IMG/VR virus record: IMGVR_UViG_3300026521_000072
Location: 1-58,578 of that record
From: a virus
Lineage: Duplodnaviria > Caudoviricetes
Strand: one strand, 5' to 3'
Length of the DNA stretch: 58,578 nt
Under the pieces are notes generated by a model. That model saw only the letters and a list, made by a program, of their open reading frames with translations. It was not told the DNA's origin and ran no database searches. The number at the start of each line of letters is the position of its first letter. Position 1 is the first letter of the stretch. Made by a program: the position numbers and the translations under genes. Below are positions 39,915-50,472 of the stretch, in pieces.

Positions 39915-42900
39915 TATTTACATCCTATTATTTTTTTCAATTTACTAATTATTCTTACATCTAGAGTTTTTAGGCTAGCGGCTATTAAATCTTGTATAAT
40001 TTGCTCATTGCTAATTTCTAAAACTTTTTCTGCTGTTATTGTAGCAGTACTACCCTTAGTTTTACTTAACATCTCCTGTAAGTATTCTAGTTTTTTTGCA
40101 GTAGTTTTTACTTTAGAGAGCCCATTATCTAAGTCATGTACACCTGCTTCTGTAAGTTCTCTATATAACTCATCTATCTTATTCTGGTTATCTAACTCTT
40201 CAATATCTTCGCTACTCATATCTTTATAGCTAGACGTATCAGGCTCGGTAATTGGTTTTTCTGCTTCAGTATTATGTGTAGATTTTTCTATAACATCTTC
40301 AGCAGATTTGTTTTCTATCGGCTCTACGTCACTACTCTTACCACTATCAGGATATTTTAGGTTGTTTATTGATACTGTACCATTTCCAGCTTTTGCTATG
40401 TATTTAGTACCTTTTAGTACTTTATTTACCCTATGCGTTAACCTACTCTTACCGCTCCTAGTAGTAAATTCTGGGTATAACTCTACATATCTATTTAGCA
40501 CCTTATCAACAGCTGCTAAGTATTTAACTACGGCTGTTTGATTACTACCATAACTGTTAATATCCTCATACAATTTTTGTACGTTCTCTGCTAGTAAGTT
40601 TACTTCTTCGAGGAGTTCTGCTTCTTCTCTAGTATACTTTGTAGTTTCTCTCCCTGACTCTTTAACCTTAGTAGTTCTGCTTTTATCGCTTTTAGTTCTT
40701 TCAGTCTGTTCATTTTTTTCTTCTCCTTGTTGTTTTTCATCTACAGTAAACTCTGACTGTGTATCAGTACTACTATCTAGTTTGATATTACCGGCACCAT
40801 CAAACTTATTATTAGTTACTATATCGTATACCTTTTGAAATAGTTCTACTTCTTTTTCTATCTGTTCTATTCCCACATTGGACTGTGGTCCGTGATATTT
40901 ATATACAGCAGGACTACCATCAGAATACTGCCCGTATTGTGCTTCTATAGTACCATCACCTTTTTTCCACTTATTGGCTAGCACTCTTGCAGCTTCAAGC
41001 TTCTGCTCTTGTGTTCTCATAAAGTTTTCTAGCCTACTTTGTAGTGCTTCTTTATTTTTGTAATTTGGGTCTAGCAGAGCCTGTACATACTGATATAAAC
41101 CCATTCTATACTTGCCATAAGTGTCGAAGCCCCCGTACACTTTCATTGTTTGTGTGTCTTTATTTATAGCTTTTTTACCTACATCTAGTGCTACCCCTCT
41201 TTCATCAGCTAGAGGTACCACACCACTTTCAGCTATTAGTTTTTCTACTTGCAGTGCTTTCTTTTTATCAAGCATTTCAGCGGTAGGTTCAGTAGTAGAG
41301 GATAGTTCTTTATCCACCTCAGCTAGTTCTTTTTCTATCTCTTTTATTGGTCTGTTATTATATACAGCACTACTACTATTACGGAATGGTTCTAAATCAT
41401 TAGCTATCGCGCCTATTGTGTTAACTAAATCTGCCTTTAACACTTCTAATTTCGACAATCCCTCTGCTGTCTGCTTTTGCATACTTGCTAGCTCTTCAGC
41501 AGTATAAGGAGTACCATCCTCTTTTATAACAACTTCACCAGTTAGTAGTTTTTCTTCATTATCTTTTAACTGCCTCTCAGCTGCTAGTACTTTTTGCAAC
41601 TCGGCTTCATGTGTCTTAAGATTTCTCTCATATACATCTTTAACTAGAGCTTCATCGTGTCTACTAAGTACACCTTCCTCTCCATTAGTGATTGCTTGTA
41701 CATGCTTGCTAATGTCATTATCAGATAACTTTGAAGCATAAATAGAATCTTTAACTTCATCAGGCATTTCATCTAAATGTTTTTTAATTTCGCTAACATC
41801 TAGTGTGTCAATTTCTTGTAGATTTTTGTATGCGTTATCTATGTCTGCAGCAGAGGTATCAGTTGTGCCAGCATCACTACTACTATCACTTACAACTTTC
41901 GCTTTAACATTACCTATAGCTTCTTTAACTGTATCGTTCTCTTTAGCTGCAGTTTTTATAGTGTTAGCGACAGTTCCAGTTCCTTTAGCACCTGTACCCA
42001 TAACAGCACCGAGGAATGCGCTAAACTTATTTGTATCAGACGTTGCTATGTCTTTTATATTTTTAGTGTTTTCATTTTGTGTAGCCCAGTCTTGACTTAC
42101 CCCTTCTAGATACTCTTGTAAACCTTCCTCTCCACCAGACTTTAGAATGCTTATAGCCTTATTTACAACTCTTTTAGTTGGCTTGAATACTTCTTTAGCA
42201 CCACTCTTAACTACAAACTTTTCTAAATTCAGAACAGCTAGTTGTTCAAGGAATGTCTCAGCTAACTTACTCTTACTCATTCCTTTATTGTTATTCTCTC
42301 TATACTGGTCGTTATATTCTTTAGTTCTGATAGCTGCTAGCCCTAATGTACCTCCTGGTAACATAATAGCTGCCATCTCTCCTGACGATTGTGCAAATAC
42401 TTCTGGAAGCATTTTAAGAGATGTTATTAAAGCTTTTGTGTAGTTACCTTCTTTGAATGCTTTTTCTGCTGTAACCATCTTATCATTATAGTCTTTAATA
42501 GTCTCATCTTTAACCCCAGCATACTTCATAGCAGTGTTTAGGTCTTGTAATTCTTTACTTTTATCGGCAGTACCAAATAAACCTCTATCGGTATCTACGA
42601 CTTTGTCATAACCTTCAACTATATCTCCTAGTACTGTACCTTTAATACTATCTTTTACTGCATTAGTACCTCTAGCCCATATATTGTACAGAGAACCTTG
42701 CACCTCATCTACTAACTCTCCTACATACCCGTCTTTATCACTAGTTTGCATTTCTTTATCGAAATCATCTAGTATAGAACTAACTGTGTTACTTTCTTCT
42801 TCTATATAAGTATTGCCAGGTCTTAGTGCTTGTTCCGCTGTTAAGTCGTGCTTACCGCTAATATCACGCAGAAATTGTACTCTTCTGTTATGGCTACTTA

Positions 42901-43522
42901 TATCTGTGTCAGCTACTTGAACTGGAATGTTTAACGGATTTTGCGAATCACCTAGCATAAGCGGATTGTTAACTACATCGTACTCAATAGGCCCTGGAGT
43001 CCATTCAGTACCGTCAGGGTTTTTAGGTCTACCCATAGCAGTATACAAAGCGTCAAGTTTATCTAACTCACCTCTTGTATAAACTACTTTTTCTTTATCC
43101 GCAAATGGTAAGTCTTCACTTACCCCTATTTGCCTAGCTTGTCTGTTTATACGTTCTTTGTGGTGTGTATCTCCTGCCCATGGAGTACCATCAGTGTTAA
43201 GGTGTGCTACTTCTCTAGAGTCTACCCATCCTGCAGGCCCTTCTATATTAGGAGCTCCGGCTAGTCTAGAATCAGCAGTTTCTCCTTGTATACGGAACGA
43301 ATCACCGTCTATAACTGACTGCAGTTGTGCTTTTCTGAACTGCACATTACTACTTAGCACGTCATTAGCTATCTGTTCACCTAAATTATTGTTGCCGTTT
43401 AATCTTTGTAGTTTTTCTTGTGTTTTGTTTTGTAGGTTCTGTATTTTAGTAGTTGTTGGTGCTGTTGTGCTATTTATCGCATCAGCAACACCGAGGTCAC
43501 CAGCTAAGTCTAAATCAGTCAT
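39914..43522 (-). CDS. virion RNAP subunit A / large ejection protein (N4 vRNAP N-terminal-like)
   Basis: position upstream of RNAP, EEGLQEYLEG motif, Gly/Ala-rich hydrophobic segments, single Cys at penultimate residue. Confidence 0.65.
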   Translation of the reverse strand: MTDLDLAGDLGVADAINSTTAPTTTKIQNLQNKTQEKLQRLNGNNNLGEQIANDVLSSNVQFRKAQLQSVIDGDSFRIQGETADSRLAGAPNIEGPAGWVDSREVAHLNTDGTPWAGDTHHKERINRQARQIGVSEDLPFADKEKVVYTRGELDKLDALYTAMGRPKNPDGTEWTPGPIEYDVVNNPLMLGDSQNPLNIPVQVADTDISSHNRRVQFLRDISGKHDLTAEQALRPGNTYIEEESNTVSSILDDFDKEMQTSDKDGYVGELVDEVQGSLYNIWARGTNAVKDSIKGTVLGDIVEGYDKVVDTDRGLFGTADKSKELQDLNTAMKYAGVKDETIKDYNDKMVTAEKAFKEGNYTKALITSLKMLPEVFAQSSGEMAAIMLPGGTLGLAAIRTKEYNDQYRENNNKGMSKSKLAETFLEQLAVLNLEKFVVKSGAKEVFKPTKRVVNKAISILKSGGEEGLQEYLEGVSQDWATQNENTKNIKDIATSDTNKFSAFLGAVMGTGAKGTGTVANTIKTAAKENDTVKEAIGNVKAKVVSDSSSDAGTTDTSAADIDNAYKNLQEIDTLDVSEIKKHLDEMPDEVKDSIYASKLSDNDISKHVQAITNGEEGVLSRHDEALVKDVYERNLKTHEAELQKVLAAERQLKDNEEKLLTGEVVIKEDGTPYTAEELASMQKQTAEGLSKLEVLKADLVNTIGAIANDLEPFRNSSSAVYNNRPIKEIEKELAEVDKELSSTTEPTAEMLDKKKALQVEKLIAESGVVPLADERGVALDVGKKAINKDTQTMKVYGGFDTYGKYRMGLYQYVQALLDPNYKNKEALQSRLENFMRTQEQKLEAARVLANKWKKGDGTIEAQYGQYSDGSPAVYKYHGPQSNVGIEQIEKEVELFQKVYDIVTNNKFDGAGNIKLDSSTDTQSEFTVDEKQQGEEKNEQTERTKSDKSRTTKVKESGRETTKYTREEAELLEEVNLLAENVQKLYEDINSYGSNQTAVVKYLAAVDKVLNRYVELYPEFTTRSGKSRLTHRVNKVLKGTKYIAKAGNGTVSINNLKYPDSGKSSDVEPIENKSAEDVIEKSTHNTEAEKPITEPDTSSYKDMSSEDIEELDNQNKIDELYRELTEAGVHDLDNGLSKVKTTAKKLEYLQEMLSKTKGSTATITAEKVLEISNEQIIQDLIAASLKTLDVRIISKLKKIIGCK

Positions 43523-43552
43523 ATATTATCCTATACAGTATTTTAGTACCAT

Positions 43553-43561
43553 ATTATAACA
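43553..43561 (-). promoter_or_regulatory. extended -10 promoter for the vRNAP operon
   Basis: TGTTATAAT on - strand about 30 nt upstream of ATG 43522. Confidence 0.6.
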
Positions 43562-43591
43562 TAATAACTTTAAGCTAGTTTTTTAAGTAAG

Positions 43592-45088
43592 CTACTCTAC
43601 ACCAAATAGTCTTTTTATCCAGTTATCAACTGCACGGCCTTGAGGTTCTTTATTTTTATTGTTGTACTGTTTTTTAGCTACTGTATAAGCGTGAATTGAC
43701 GGGTAGTCTTCTAAAGTCATACCAGGTCGGTATTCAGGCATCAGTACCTTTCTTGATACTTTTTTTGGTGCTTTTCTTGATACTTTTCTATTTTCTAGCT
43801 TTACACCTTTTTCCACACTTTCAGCAGGTTTTTCGTTTTTTACATTACGTGTACTAACTTTCTTATACGCACTGTGTTTCGGTGTGGACGGTCTACTGTC
43901 TATACCCAGTATGTCATCTAGTTCTTTGTCTGCAAACTTTCCTAGAGCTTCTCTACGTGAGTTTTCTATGTCAGCTGCTGTTAGCATACGTTTAGGTAGG
44001 TATTTTGAAGCATCTAGTTTTGTAAAGTCTTCACTCCCCTTAGTTGAGCTGCTATAACTACCAGTGGTATTTGTACCTCTACCAGCATATTGTTTAATTA
44101 GGTTTTTAGCTTTAGCTTTCCACTCGTCTACATCTTTTAACTCTAAGTCTGTACCCATACCGAACATCTTATTAGTATGCTCTACACTGGAGTGTAGTAG
44201 ATTACTAGCAACATCTGCAGGTACACCGGCTTGCTGCAATAAAGGTAATGTTCGTTGTATCACATCAGTACTTTCTGGGTTTTTATTTAATGCTCCATAA
44301 TAAGGATCAGTTAACAATTCTTTACTAAGCTGTGCATAACCACTAGCGTTTTTATCTCGCTTACTAGAACTCGCTTTTATACGACTACTCGCCACTTTCG
44401 CACTGTTACTTGCATTAGCTTTATCAATATCAAGTCTCATACTAGCATTTTTGTAAGCTAATTCATTTGCTTGTTTAGCTGCAGCAGTATTAGCGCTTGG
44501 TCTGTCTACTAAGTTTTTAGTTAACTCATCTGCTAATGTTAAAGCTTTATCAGCACTTATACCTTCAGCTCCTGCACGTTGTAGTATATCTTGCCTAGCT
44601 TCACTTTTACTCATAGTGTTACTATCAAATATATTTTGCAATCTAGCATTTTGTACATCAGCATCTTTACCGCCATACATCGCTTCATCGTATGCTTTAG
44701 CTATCTTATCTCCATCACCTTTTTCAGCATCCCAACCATTAGCTGCTATCTTTGCTTCTGCTTTTGCATTAGCTTTATTAAAGGCTTCAGCTATTCTATC
44801 TTGTTGGTTTTCCAATCCTGTACTATTACCTAGGTTAGGGTTCCAAGTGCTAAGCAAATCACGCATACTCTGCTGTTCAGTTTTACCTTCTTCGTAATCT
44901 TTTTGTTTTTGCTTAAACAGTAGTTCAGCACGTTCGTCTGCTTTTGCTTGTCTAGCTTGTTCAAACTGTAGAGCTTTAGCTTTATCTCGTGCTTCCATTA
45001 TACTACTAATACTAGTAGCTACCCGTTGTAAGCTTTCTGTAGGGTCTACTAATCTACCTGTGTTAAAGTCTAATTTAGGAGTACTCAT
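43592..45088 (-). CDS. putative internal virion/ejection protein
   Basis: Ala/Lys-rich, Cys-free, in the position of N4 gp51. Confidence 0.6.
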   Translation of the reverse strand: MSTPKLDFNTGRLVDPTESLQRVATSISSIMEARDKAKALQFEQARQAKADERAELLFKQKQKDYEEGKTEQQSMRDLLSTWNPNLGNSTGLENQQDRIAEAFNKANAKAEAKIAANGWDAEKGDGDKIAKAYDEAMYGGKDADVQNARLQNIFDSNTMSKSEARQDILQRAGAEGISADKALTLADELTKNLVDRPSANTAAAKQANELAYKNASMRLDIDKANASNSAKVASSRIKASSSKRDKNASGYAQLSKELLTDPYYGALNKNPESTDVIQRTLPLLQQAGVPADVASNLLHSSVEHTNKMFGMGTDLELKDVDEWKAKAKNLIKQYAGRGTNTTGSYSSSTKGSEDFTKLDASKYLPKRMLTAADIENSRREALGKFADKELDDILGIDSRPSTPKHSAYKKVSTRNVKNEKPAESVEKGVKLENRKVSRKAPKKVSRKVLMPEYRPGMTLEDYPSIHAYTVAKKQYNNKNKEPQGRAVDNWIKRLFGVE

Positions 45089-45102
45089 TATGTAACCTTC
45101 CT

Positions 45103-45618
45103 TTACGCTGTTGCAAATTTAGCGGCTAAACCGTTACTATTAACTACACCATCTTTAGCAGTACTAGCTGCTTTAGGGTTGAACACGTTTAGTATATGTT
45201 GATTATCTGCTCTAGTTTTACGCATAGCATAATCGTTATTAGCATACTGTTGATCCATCAATGCTCTTTGTTTATCTGCTGTTTTTTTGTTATCTAGGTA
45301 ACTCATAAGCCCTAAACCTAACTGTCCTACACCTAGTGCTAAACCACCTACACCACTCATACTAAATGGGTCACTCCCGCTAGTAGTATTACCACCACCG
45401 TTATATAATCCTTTTGATTGTAAGTCTGCAAAGTCTCCGCTATACATAGAATCTACATCAGACACACTCAGTTTGTTAAGGTCTATGCCATTATCAACCG
45501 CATAAGCTGCAAAATCAGGATTACTCAATGCACTAGCTGTATTACCGCTCCATGCTCTAATATTATTTAAATTTGTCGCTGCAGGGTCGACTATATTTGT
45601 TGTAGGTTGTGTCGCCAT
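45103..45618 (-). CDS. putative ejection protein (N4 gp52-like)
   Basis: GGLALGVGQLGLGLMSYL hydrophobic helix then coiled coil; Cys-free. Confidence 0.6.
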   Translation of the reverse strand: MATQPTTNIVDPAATNLNNIRAWSGNTASALSNPDFAAYAVDNGIDLNKLSVSDVDSMYSGDFADLQSKGLYNGGGNTTSGSDPFSMSGVGGLALGVGQLGLGLMSYLDNKKTADKQRALMDQQYANNDYAMRKTRADNQHILNVFNPKAASTAKDGVVNSNGLAAKFATA

Positions 45619-45651
45619 TTTAAATCTCCTATTACTTTAACTATTATTGCC

Positions 45652-45660
45652 ATTATACCA
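45652..45660 (-). promoter_or_regulatory. extended -10 promoter
   Basis: TGGTATAAT on - strand upstream of 45618. Confidence 0.6.
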
Positions 45661-45666
45661 TAACTA

Positions 45667-47532
45667 TCATAAAGCGTCATAGTACTTACTTAAAGTCTCT
45701 CTCATTAGACCTCTAGTAGTCATGTTACTAGGCATACTATCCATTAGCTCGTTCATTTCACAGAATTGGTAACTATCAAACTGCATACGTTTTACCTCTA
45801 TATCTTCGACATGCGCAGGAATTCCTTCACTTTCTGTAGGTGTATTTGCTCCAGCTGGTTTTTGAGTATGCTGCATCCAAGTAGTGTATACCTTAAATCC
45901 TTTACTAAGCCAATCCACTATTGTGTTTAACGCTCTAAGTGGCGATTTTGTTATAACGTTAAAGGCATCCTCAAACATACCGACTACTGAATTAAATGCT
46001 TCATCTATAAAGTCTGATATTGTAGGTTGTACAACTTCTACACTAACTTCATTTACTACTGAACTTGCAACCGTAGTCTCTGCTACATTTGTAGAGGTAG
46101 CAGCAGCAGTAGAAGTGGCGGCAGCATTACTAGCCATACTTCCAGCAGCACTACGAAAAAAGTTAAACCAACCAATAAACATTGTTAAGTATCCTACTAT
46201 CTCGCTAAACTTACCAAGCACTGTCAGTGACCTACCAAATGCTATAGCCATACCGTACTCACCGTTTTTTGATAGATACTTCCCTACCCCTGCCATCACT
46301 AGCGTACCTACTGTAAGTGTTAGCGATAGTCCACCGAAGAATGCTAGTGCAGAACCTTCCGCCATACCCATTAACACTCCAGCAGCAGGCGCAAAGTATA
46401 CAGCTAAAATTATGACAATAAACATAAACACTACAGCTATAACACACTTCCAACCTTTGCAATCCTCTTGTTCATATCCTACATCTATAGCCTTTAGTAT
46501 CATAGTACTGAAGTCAGCAGGTTTCAGCTCTCCTGCTGCGTCTTTTCTTATATACTGAGTCTTATACTCATCTTCATCATCATTAATAAATCCGTTAGTG
46601 TTACTGTAGGTAGCTAGCAACTCTCCAGGAAGTACAGGGTTATACTCTCTCAGTAGATTTTGTAACTGTCTTGCAAAGCTGTAAGGGTCTTTAGGGTTAC
46701 TGAGAGCTATATTTTTTATTTCAGTAACATATTCAGAATCCTCTATATCTACCGCATTAACCTTTCTTTTAAATTTATAGCTAATCGTAGCTCGTATCGT
46801 ATAATCCCGATACTCTAGGTAGTTGTAGCTGTAGAATTTTTCTTGACCATCCGTCCTAGGGTTCACTTCTACTACACTTCTACTAACTACTTTTGAACTA
46901 CTTTCAAATAACTCGTCATCGGTGTCCATTAGGGAAGCAAACGTGACGGGACAAGGCTTAGTGTCAAATGTCATCATACTAGTTTGGTATACAGGTTTTT
47001 CTCCTACTTTTTGTAACTCCTCATCTTCAGGCACAATCTCTTCAGGGTTATACATACTGTTATAACCACTCTCTACTAACTTAATTATTTGCTCATTAGT
47101 TATGTGATTACTGGCTGTTATTTTTGTACTAGAGAATTCCTGTGTGTACTGTATTCGTACTTCATACTCTTTTCCTAGCTCAGAATTATTATCTATATAC
47201 TCTGCTACTTGATGGTTAGTTAGTTCAAGTGTAGTATCATCTACTTTAAAGGGTTTTAGGTAGAACCAGGCAGAATCTACATGTTGCCAGTTTTGTGTAA
47301 ACAACTCATTATACGACGTACCTATCAGTTTATATAGCTCTTTATAAGTGCTGTTATAAGGTAGTACTCCGCCCATATATATTATGAGTTTATCAAATAC
47401 TTCAACATCTTCATCAGTATCAGCATCATGTATTATCTTAGTAGGCCAATAACGCATGATAGTATTTTTTATTTTTAAGTTGCGGACATACATGTTCTGT
47501 TTCGGTGTATATATGTCCAGTGTTAAATACAT
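45667..47532 (-). CDS. structural protein with transmembrane segments (N4 gp53-like)
   Basis: long hydrophobic block after CKGWKC; synteny. Confidence 0.6.
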   Translation of the reverse strand: MYLTLDIYTPKQNMYVRNLKIKNTIMRYWPTKIIHDADTDEDVEVFDKLIIYMGGVLPYNSTYKELYKLIGTSYNELFTQNWQHVDSAWFYLKPFKVDDTTLELTNHQVAEYIDNNSELGKEYEVRIQYTQEFSSTKITASNHITNEQIIKLVESGYNSMYNPEEIVPEDEELQKVGEKPVYQTSMMTFDTKPCPVTFASLMDTDDELFESSSKVVSRSVVEVNPRTDGQEKFYSYNYLEYRDYTIRATISYKFKRKVNAVDIEDSEYVTEIKNIALSNPKDPYSFARQLQNLLREYNPVLPGELLATYSNTNGFINDDEDEYKTQYIRKDAAGELKPADFSTMILKAIDVGYEQEDCKGWKCVIAVVFMFIVIILAVYFAPAAGVLMGMAEGSALAFFGGLSLTLTVGTLVMAGVGKYLSKNGEYGMAIAFGRSLTVLGKFSEIVGYLTMFIGWFNFFRSAAGSMASNAAATSTAAATSTNVAETTVASSVVNEVSVEVVQPTISDFIDEAFNSVVGMFEDAFNVITKSPLRALNTIVDWLSKGFKVYTTWMQHTQKPAGANTPTESEGIPAHVEDIEVKRMQFDSYQFCEMNELMDSMPSNMTTRGLMRETLSKYYDAL

Positions 47533-47541
47533 AAGTATCCT

Positions 47542-49185
47542 TTATTTTTTAAATGCTATTGCTAACATTTTAGTTTCAATGTGTATATTATCCACATCGC
47601 TACCCCTTATAAGTTGCAAATAGTAAGTGTCGTCATGCGGTGAATCTGGGCCAACTAGTGATATGCTGTAGTAAGCTTTGTGGTCATCATCATCGCTTTT
47701 AGGTATATTTACTAAATCCATGGTAGCTATTACAGTACTGCCTCTTAGAAGTTCAAATGTGGCACTAAATACTCCACCAACATCATCCATATATAGATAT
47801 CCTGTACAGTTAGCTGTAACTAGTGTGTAAGCCCCATCAGCATTATCTATATCTCCAATTTTCAGTTTTGCATTGAACTCATAAGTATCATTTATACTTT
47901 TAAAAGCGGTTTGCGTTAAGTCACCGCTATTGATTGTATCTACGTTTAATGTCCCACTATTAATAGTTACAGCTTCAATAGTCGTGCCTTCTATAGTGCC
48001 CCCTTTTATGTAGGAACCTTCTATGTTAGGCTCATCACTTGTACCAGCAGCAGTACTATCTAGTGTGAAACCGTTATCCTCATTGTACATCTTTATCTGA
48101 TTGTTAGCTAAGTCGAAATAAGTAGAAGCATCTTCACTTTCAATCTTACCAGTAGCTATTAAGCTACCGTTTATTGTTGTACTGTCTCCATTTATACCTA
48201 GACCTGCAAAAGATACATTACCAGTAAATTTCAACTTACCAGTTGTTGTGTCTACTTCAATAGGTGAGTAGGCGCTATCTGTAGCCTGTATTTTAAAGGT
48301 ATCAGCTTTAAATGTTAAGTCACTCGTCTTACTTACACCATCATCTATTAACGATGCAGTCCAGCCTACCACCGCTCCGTCACCGTCAGATAGAAACTTA
48401 CTAGCAGTAGCTGTATAGTCACCATCTTCATCTATAGTTATAGTATCTTCACTATCTATACTTACAGTTTGAGTACCCATTGATACTGCTATTTTACCTA
48501 GCTCCCCTGCTCCTGCATTTAGTGTGCCATCATCATTCAAGCCTACAGTGGTATATCCGGTTTTTATTATATCAGCAGTAGCTTCTAATCCTGTATCAGG
48601 GTCGTTTATTGAGCTAGCTAGAGCTGTGGTAGCTGTAGTATTAGCGTTTATACTATCTGCGTATGTTTGTATATTCTCTAGGAACCAACTGCTAGCTACA
48701 TCACCACCAGTACCTGCAAACTCACTGCCTACTGCCTGTTCTGCTATCGCTGTAGCAGAATCTGCATCTACTTTTGTTAGCTGTAAATCACTAATAGCAG
48801 CTATATTATTATCGTTTGATGTTTTAATTGTAGTGTACAGTGCATTTAAATTTTCGTCTGCATTATGCAAGTTTACTATACTTTGGTTTACCCCATCTTC
48901 CATGTTTTGTACATACGTAGTCAAGTCACTGAGTGCCTGACTGAGTGTTACTGTACCATCAACTATCTTAGCAGTAATCGCTTCATCTAACCAGGTAGGT
49001 ATGTTACCTGTCATGCTACCAGTGTACATACCTGTAGATGTGAGTACGTAGTTATTGCCTTGCACATCAACAGTTTTAGTGCCATTAGTAGTAGTATTTA
49101 CTGTATCACTACCAGCTATTGTTAGTACTTTATCAGTAACTACCTCTACACTGTCTGTGTGTACTTCTACATCTACTGCAGCCAT
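47542..49185 (-). CDS. tail fibre / tail tip protein
   Basis: Thr/Ser/Gly/Asp-rich, coiled coil, FKADTFKI and TTINGSLIATG. Confidence 0.65.
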   Translation of the reverse strand: MAAVDVEVHTDSVEVVTDKVLTIAGSDTVNTTTNGTKTVDVQGNNYVLTSTGMYTGSMTGNIPTWLDEAITAKIVDGTVTLSQALSDLTTYVQNMEDGVNQSIVNLHNADENLNALYTTIKTSNDNNIAAISDLQLTKVDADSATAIAEQAVGSEFAGTGGDVASSWFLENIQTYADSINANTTATTALASSINDPDTGLEATADIIKTGYTTVGLNDDGTLNAGAGELGKIAVSMGTQTVSIDSEDTITIDEDGDYTATASKFLSDGDGAVVGWTASLIDDGVSKTSDLTFKADTFKIQATDSAYSPIEVDTTTGKLKFTGNVSFAGLGINGDSTTINGSLIATGKIESEDASTYFDLANNQIKMYNEDNGFTLDSTAAGTSDEPNIEGSYIKGGTIEGTTIEAVTINSGTLNVDTINSGDLTQTAFKSINDTYEFNAKLKIGDIDNADGAYTLVTANCTGYLYMDDVGGVFSATFELLRGSTVIATMDLVNIPKSDDDDHKAYYSISLVGPDSPHDDTYYLQLIRGSDVDNIHIETKMLAIAFKK

Positions 49186-49187
49186 AA

Positions 49188-49553
49188 CTATACTCCTGTA
49201 GGAGCTACCATTATACGCTCAATAAGTACATTTATACTTTCTGTATCGTCTGTGAATGTGACTGTCATACTTGCTTGATACCCAGGTTTAAGATAGTAGC
49301 CATCTTCAGCAGGACCTCTATGGACCGTAAGCTTGCTAGTCTCAGATGCAGGAATACTACCTTTTAGTACACCATTACTCGAATCCAGTACAGTTAGTGG
49401 TGTTGTTGTTACAGCTTCTTGTGTAACTATACCTAAAATAGTTAATGTAGCAGTATCAACATTTTCTAGGTTTTGCGCTAAAAAGCTATCTTTTTCCATA
49501 ACTTTTATAGTGAACTCAAATTCTTTCCCTTTAGGTATAACTAAATCTGTCAT
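49188..49553 (-). CDS. putative tail-associated structural protein
   Basis: beta-rich 121 aa ORF in structural operon. Confidence 0.55.
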   Translation of the reverse strand: MTDLVIPKGKEFEFTIKVMEKDSFLAQNLENVDTATLTILGIVTQEAVTTTPLTVLDSSNGVLKGSIPASETSKLTVHRGPAEDGYYLKPGYQASMTVTFTDDTESINVLIERIMVAPTGV

Positions 49554-49561
49554 TTTATTCC

Positions 49562-50410
49562 TTAGTCTGTTGTATCATTCAAGTAATCAATTGCTGTACG
49601 CCACTTAGTTACGTCTGCAGAAGTCAGTGCGCCTGGGTCACTAGCGCTAAGAAGTAATCCAATCATATTAGCAGAACTATTTGCAGCGTGTTGTACCTTA
49701 TTATCGTCAAACGCTTCTTTCTGTCTTATAGCTACCTCTTCTTGGCGTTTAGTTAATCCTGGAGTTCCTGGGGCTAAATCTGTAATCGTGTTTATCTTAT
49801 TAGTACTATCATCTACTGTCCAACTAACTACACCGTTTTCTCTGTAGCTTTTAGCTAATGTAGCATACACACTCATTTTAGTTTGTTGCATTTGCTCCCA
49901 TTTTAAACCTTTATCAGCTACAGCAGTGTCTGGTAACTTTACAGTATCTAATGAAGGCAAATTATCTAGAACCACTCCGAAGTCTTTCGACATACTAGCT
50001 TGCTCCATCCAACCTTTGAGTATCATCTCATCTTTTCTAGCATCAAGTAGGCTACCTTCTTTTACAGCATTATCTGTATCCGCTTCAAGTTTAGCTCTTT
50101 GTTGTTGTTTAAGCAGCGTATCTTCACGCATCGCTGTAAGTTCATATGGACCGTCACGATTCTCTTTAGCTATAGCTACAGCATTGGACATAGCTGTGTC
50201 TGTAACTGCTCCAACCATTTGAGTAAGCATACCACTTAATATAGTAGCTTTCTCTGGATCTGTCATATTACTGTCTTTGAAGAACGCCTCCATAGTCTCT
50301 TTAGCATGTATATATATGCTATCTTGACTCATAGAGGCAGACATTAAATTTTTATATATATTTATAACGTCTAAATCATTTACTACTTCTTTTTGATATA
50401 TCACTGCCAT
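49562..50410 (-). CDS. structural protein (N4 gp54-like)
   Basis: GLTKRQ...RQKEAFDDN motif; synteny. Confidence 0.6.
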   Translation of the reverse strand: MAVIYQKEVVNDLDVINIYKNLMSASMSQDSIYIHAKETMEAFFKDSNMTDPEKATILSGMLTQMVGAVTDTAMSNAVAIAKENRDGPYELTAMREDTLLKQQQRAKLEADTDNAVKEGSLLDARKDEMILKGWMEQASMSKDFGVVLDNLPSLDTVKLPDTAVADKGLKWEQMQQTKMSVYATLAKSYRENGVVSWTVDDSTNKINTITDLAPGTPGLTKRQEEVAIRQKEAFDDNKVQHAANSSANMIGLLLSASDPGALTSADVTKWRTAIDYLNDTTD

Positions 50411-50472
50411 TGTTTACCTTTTAATATGTATAATAGAACTGTAAGTAAAATTACAACTCTATATGCATAGTC

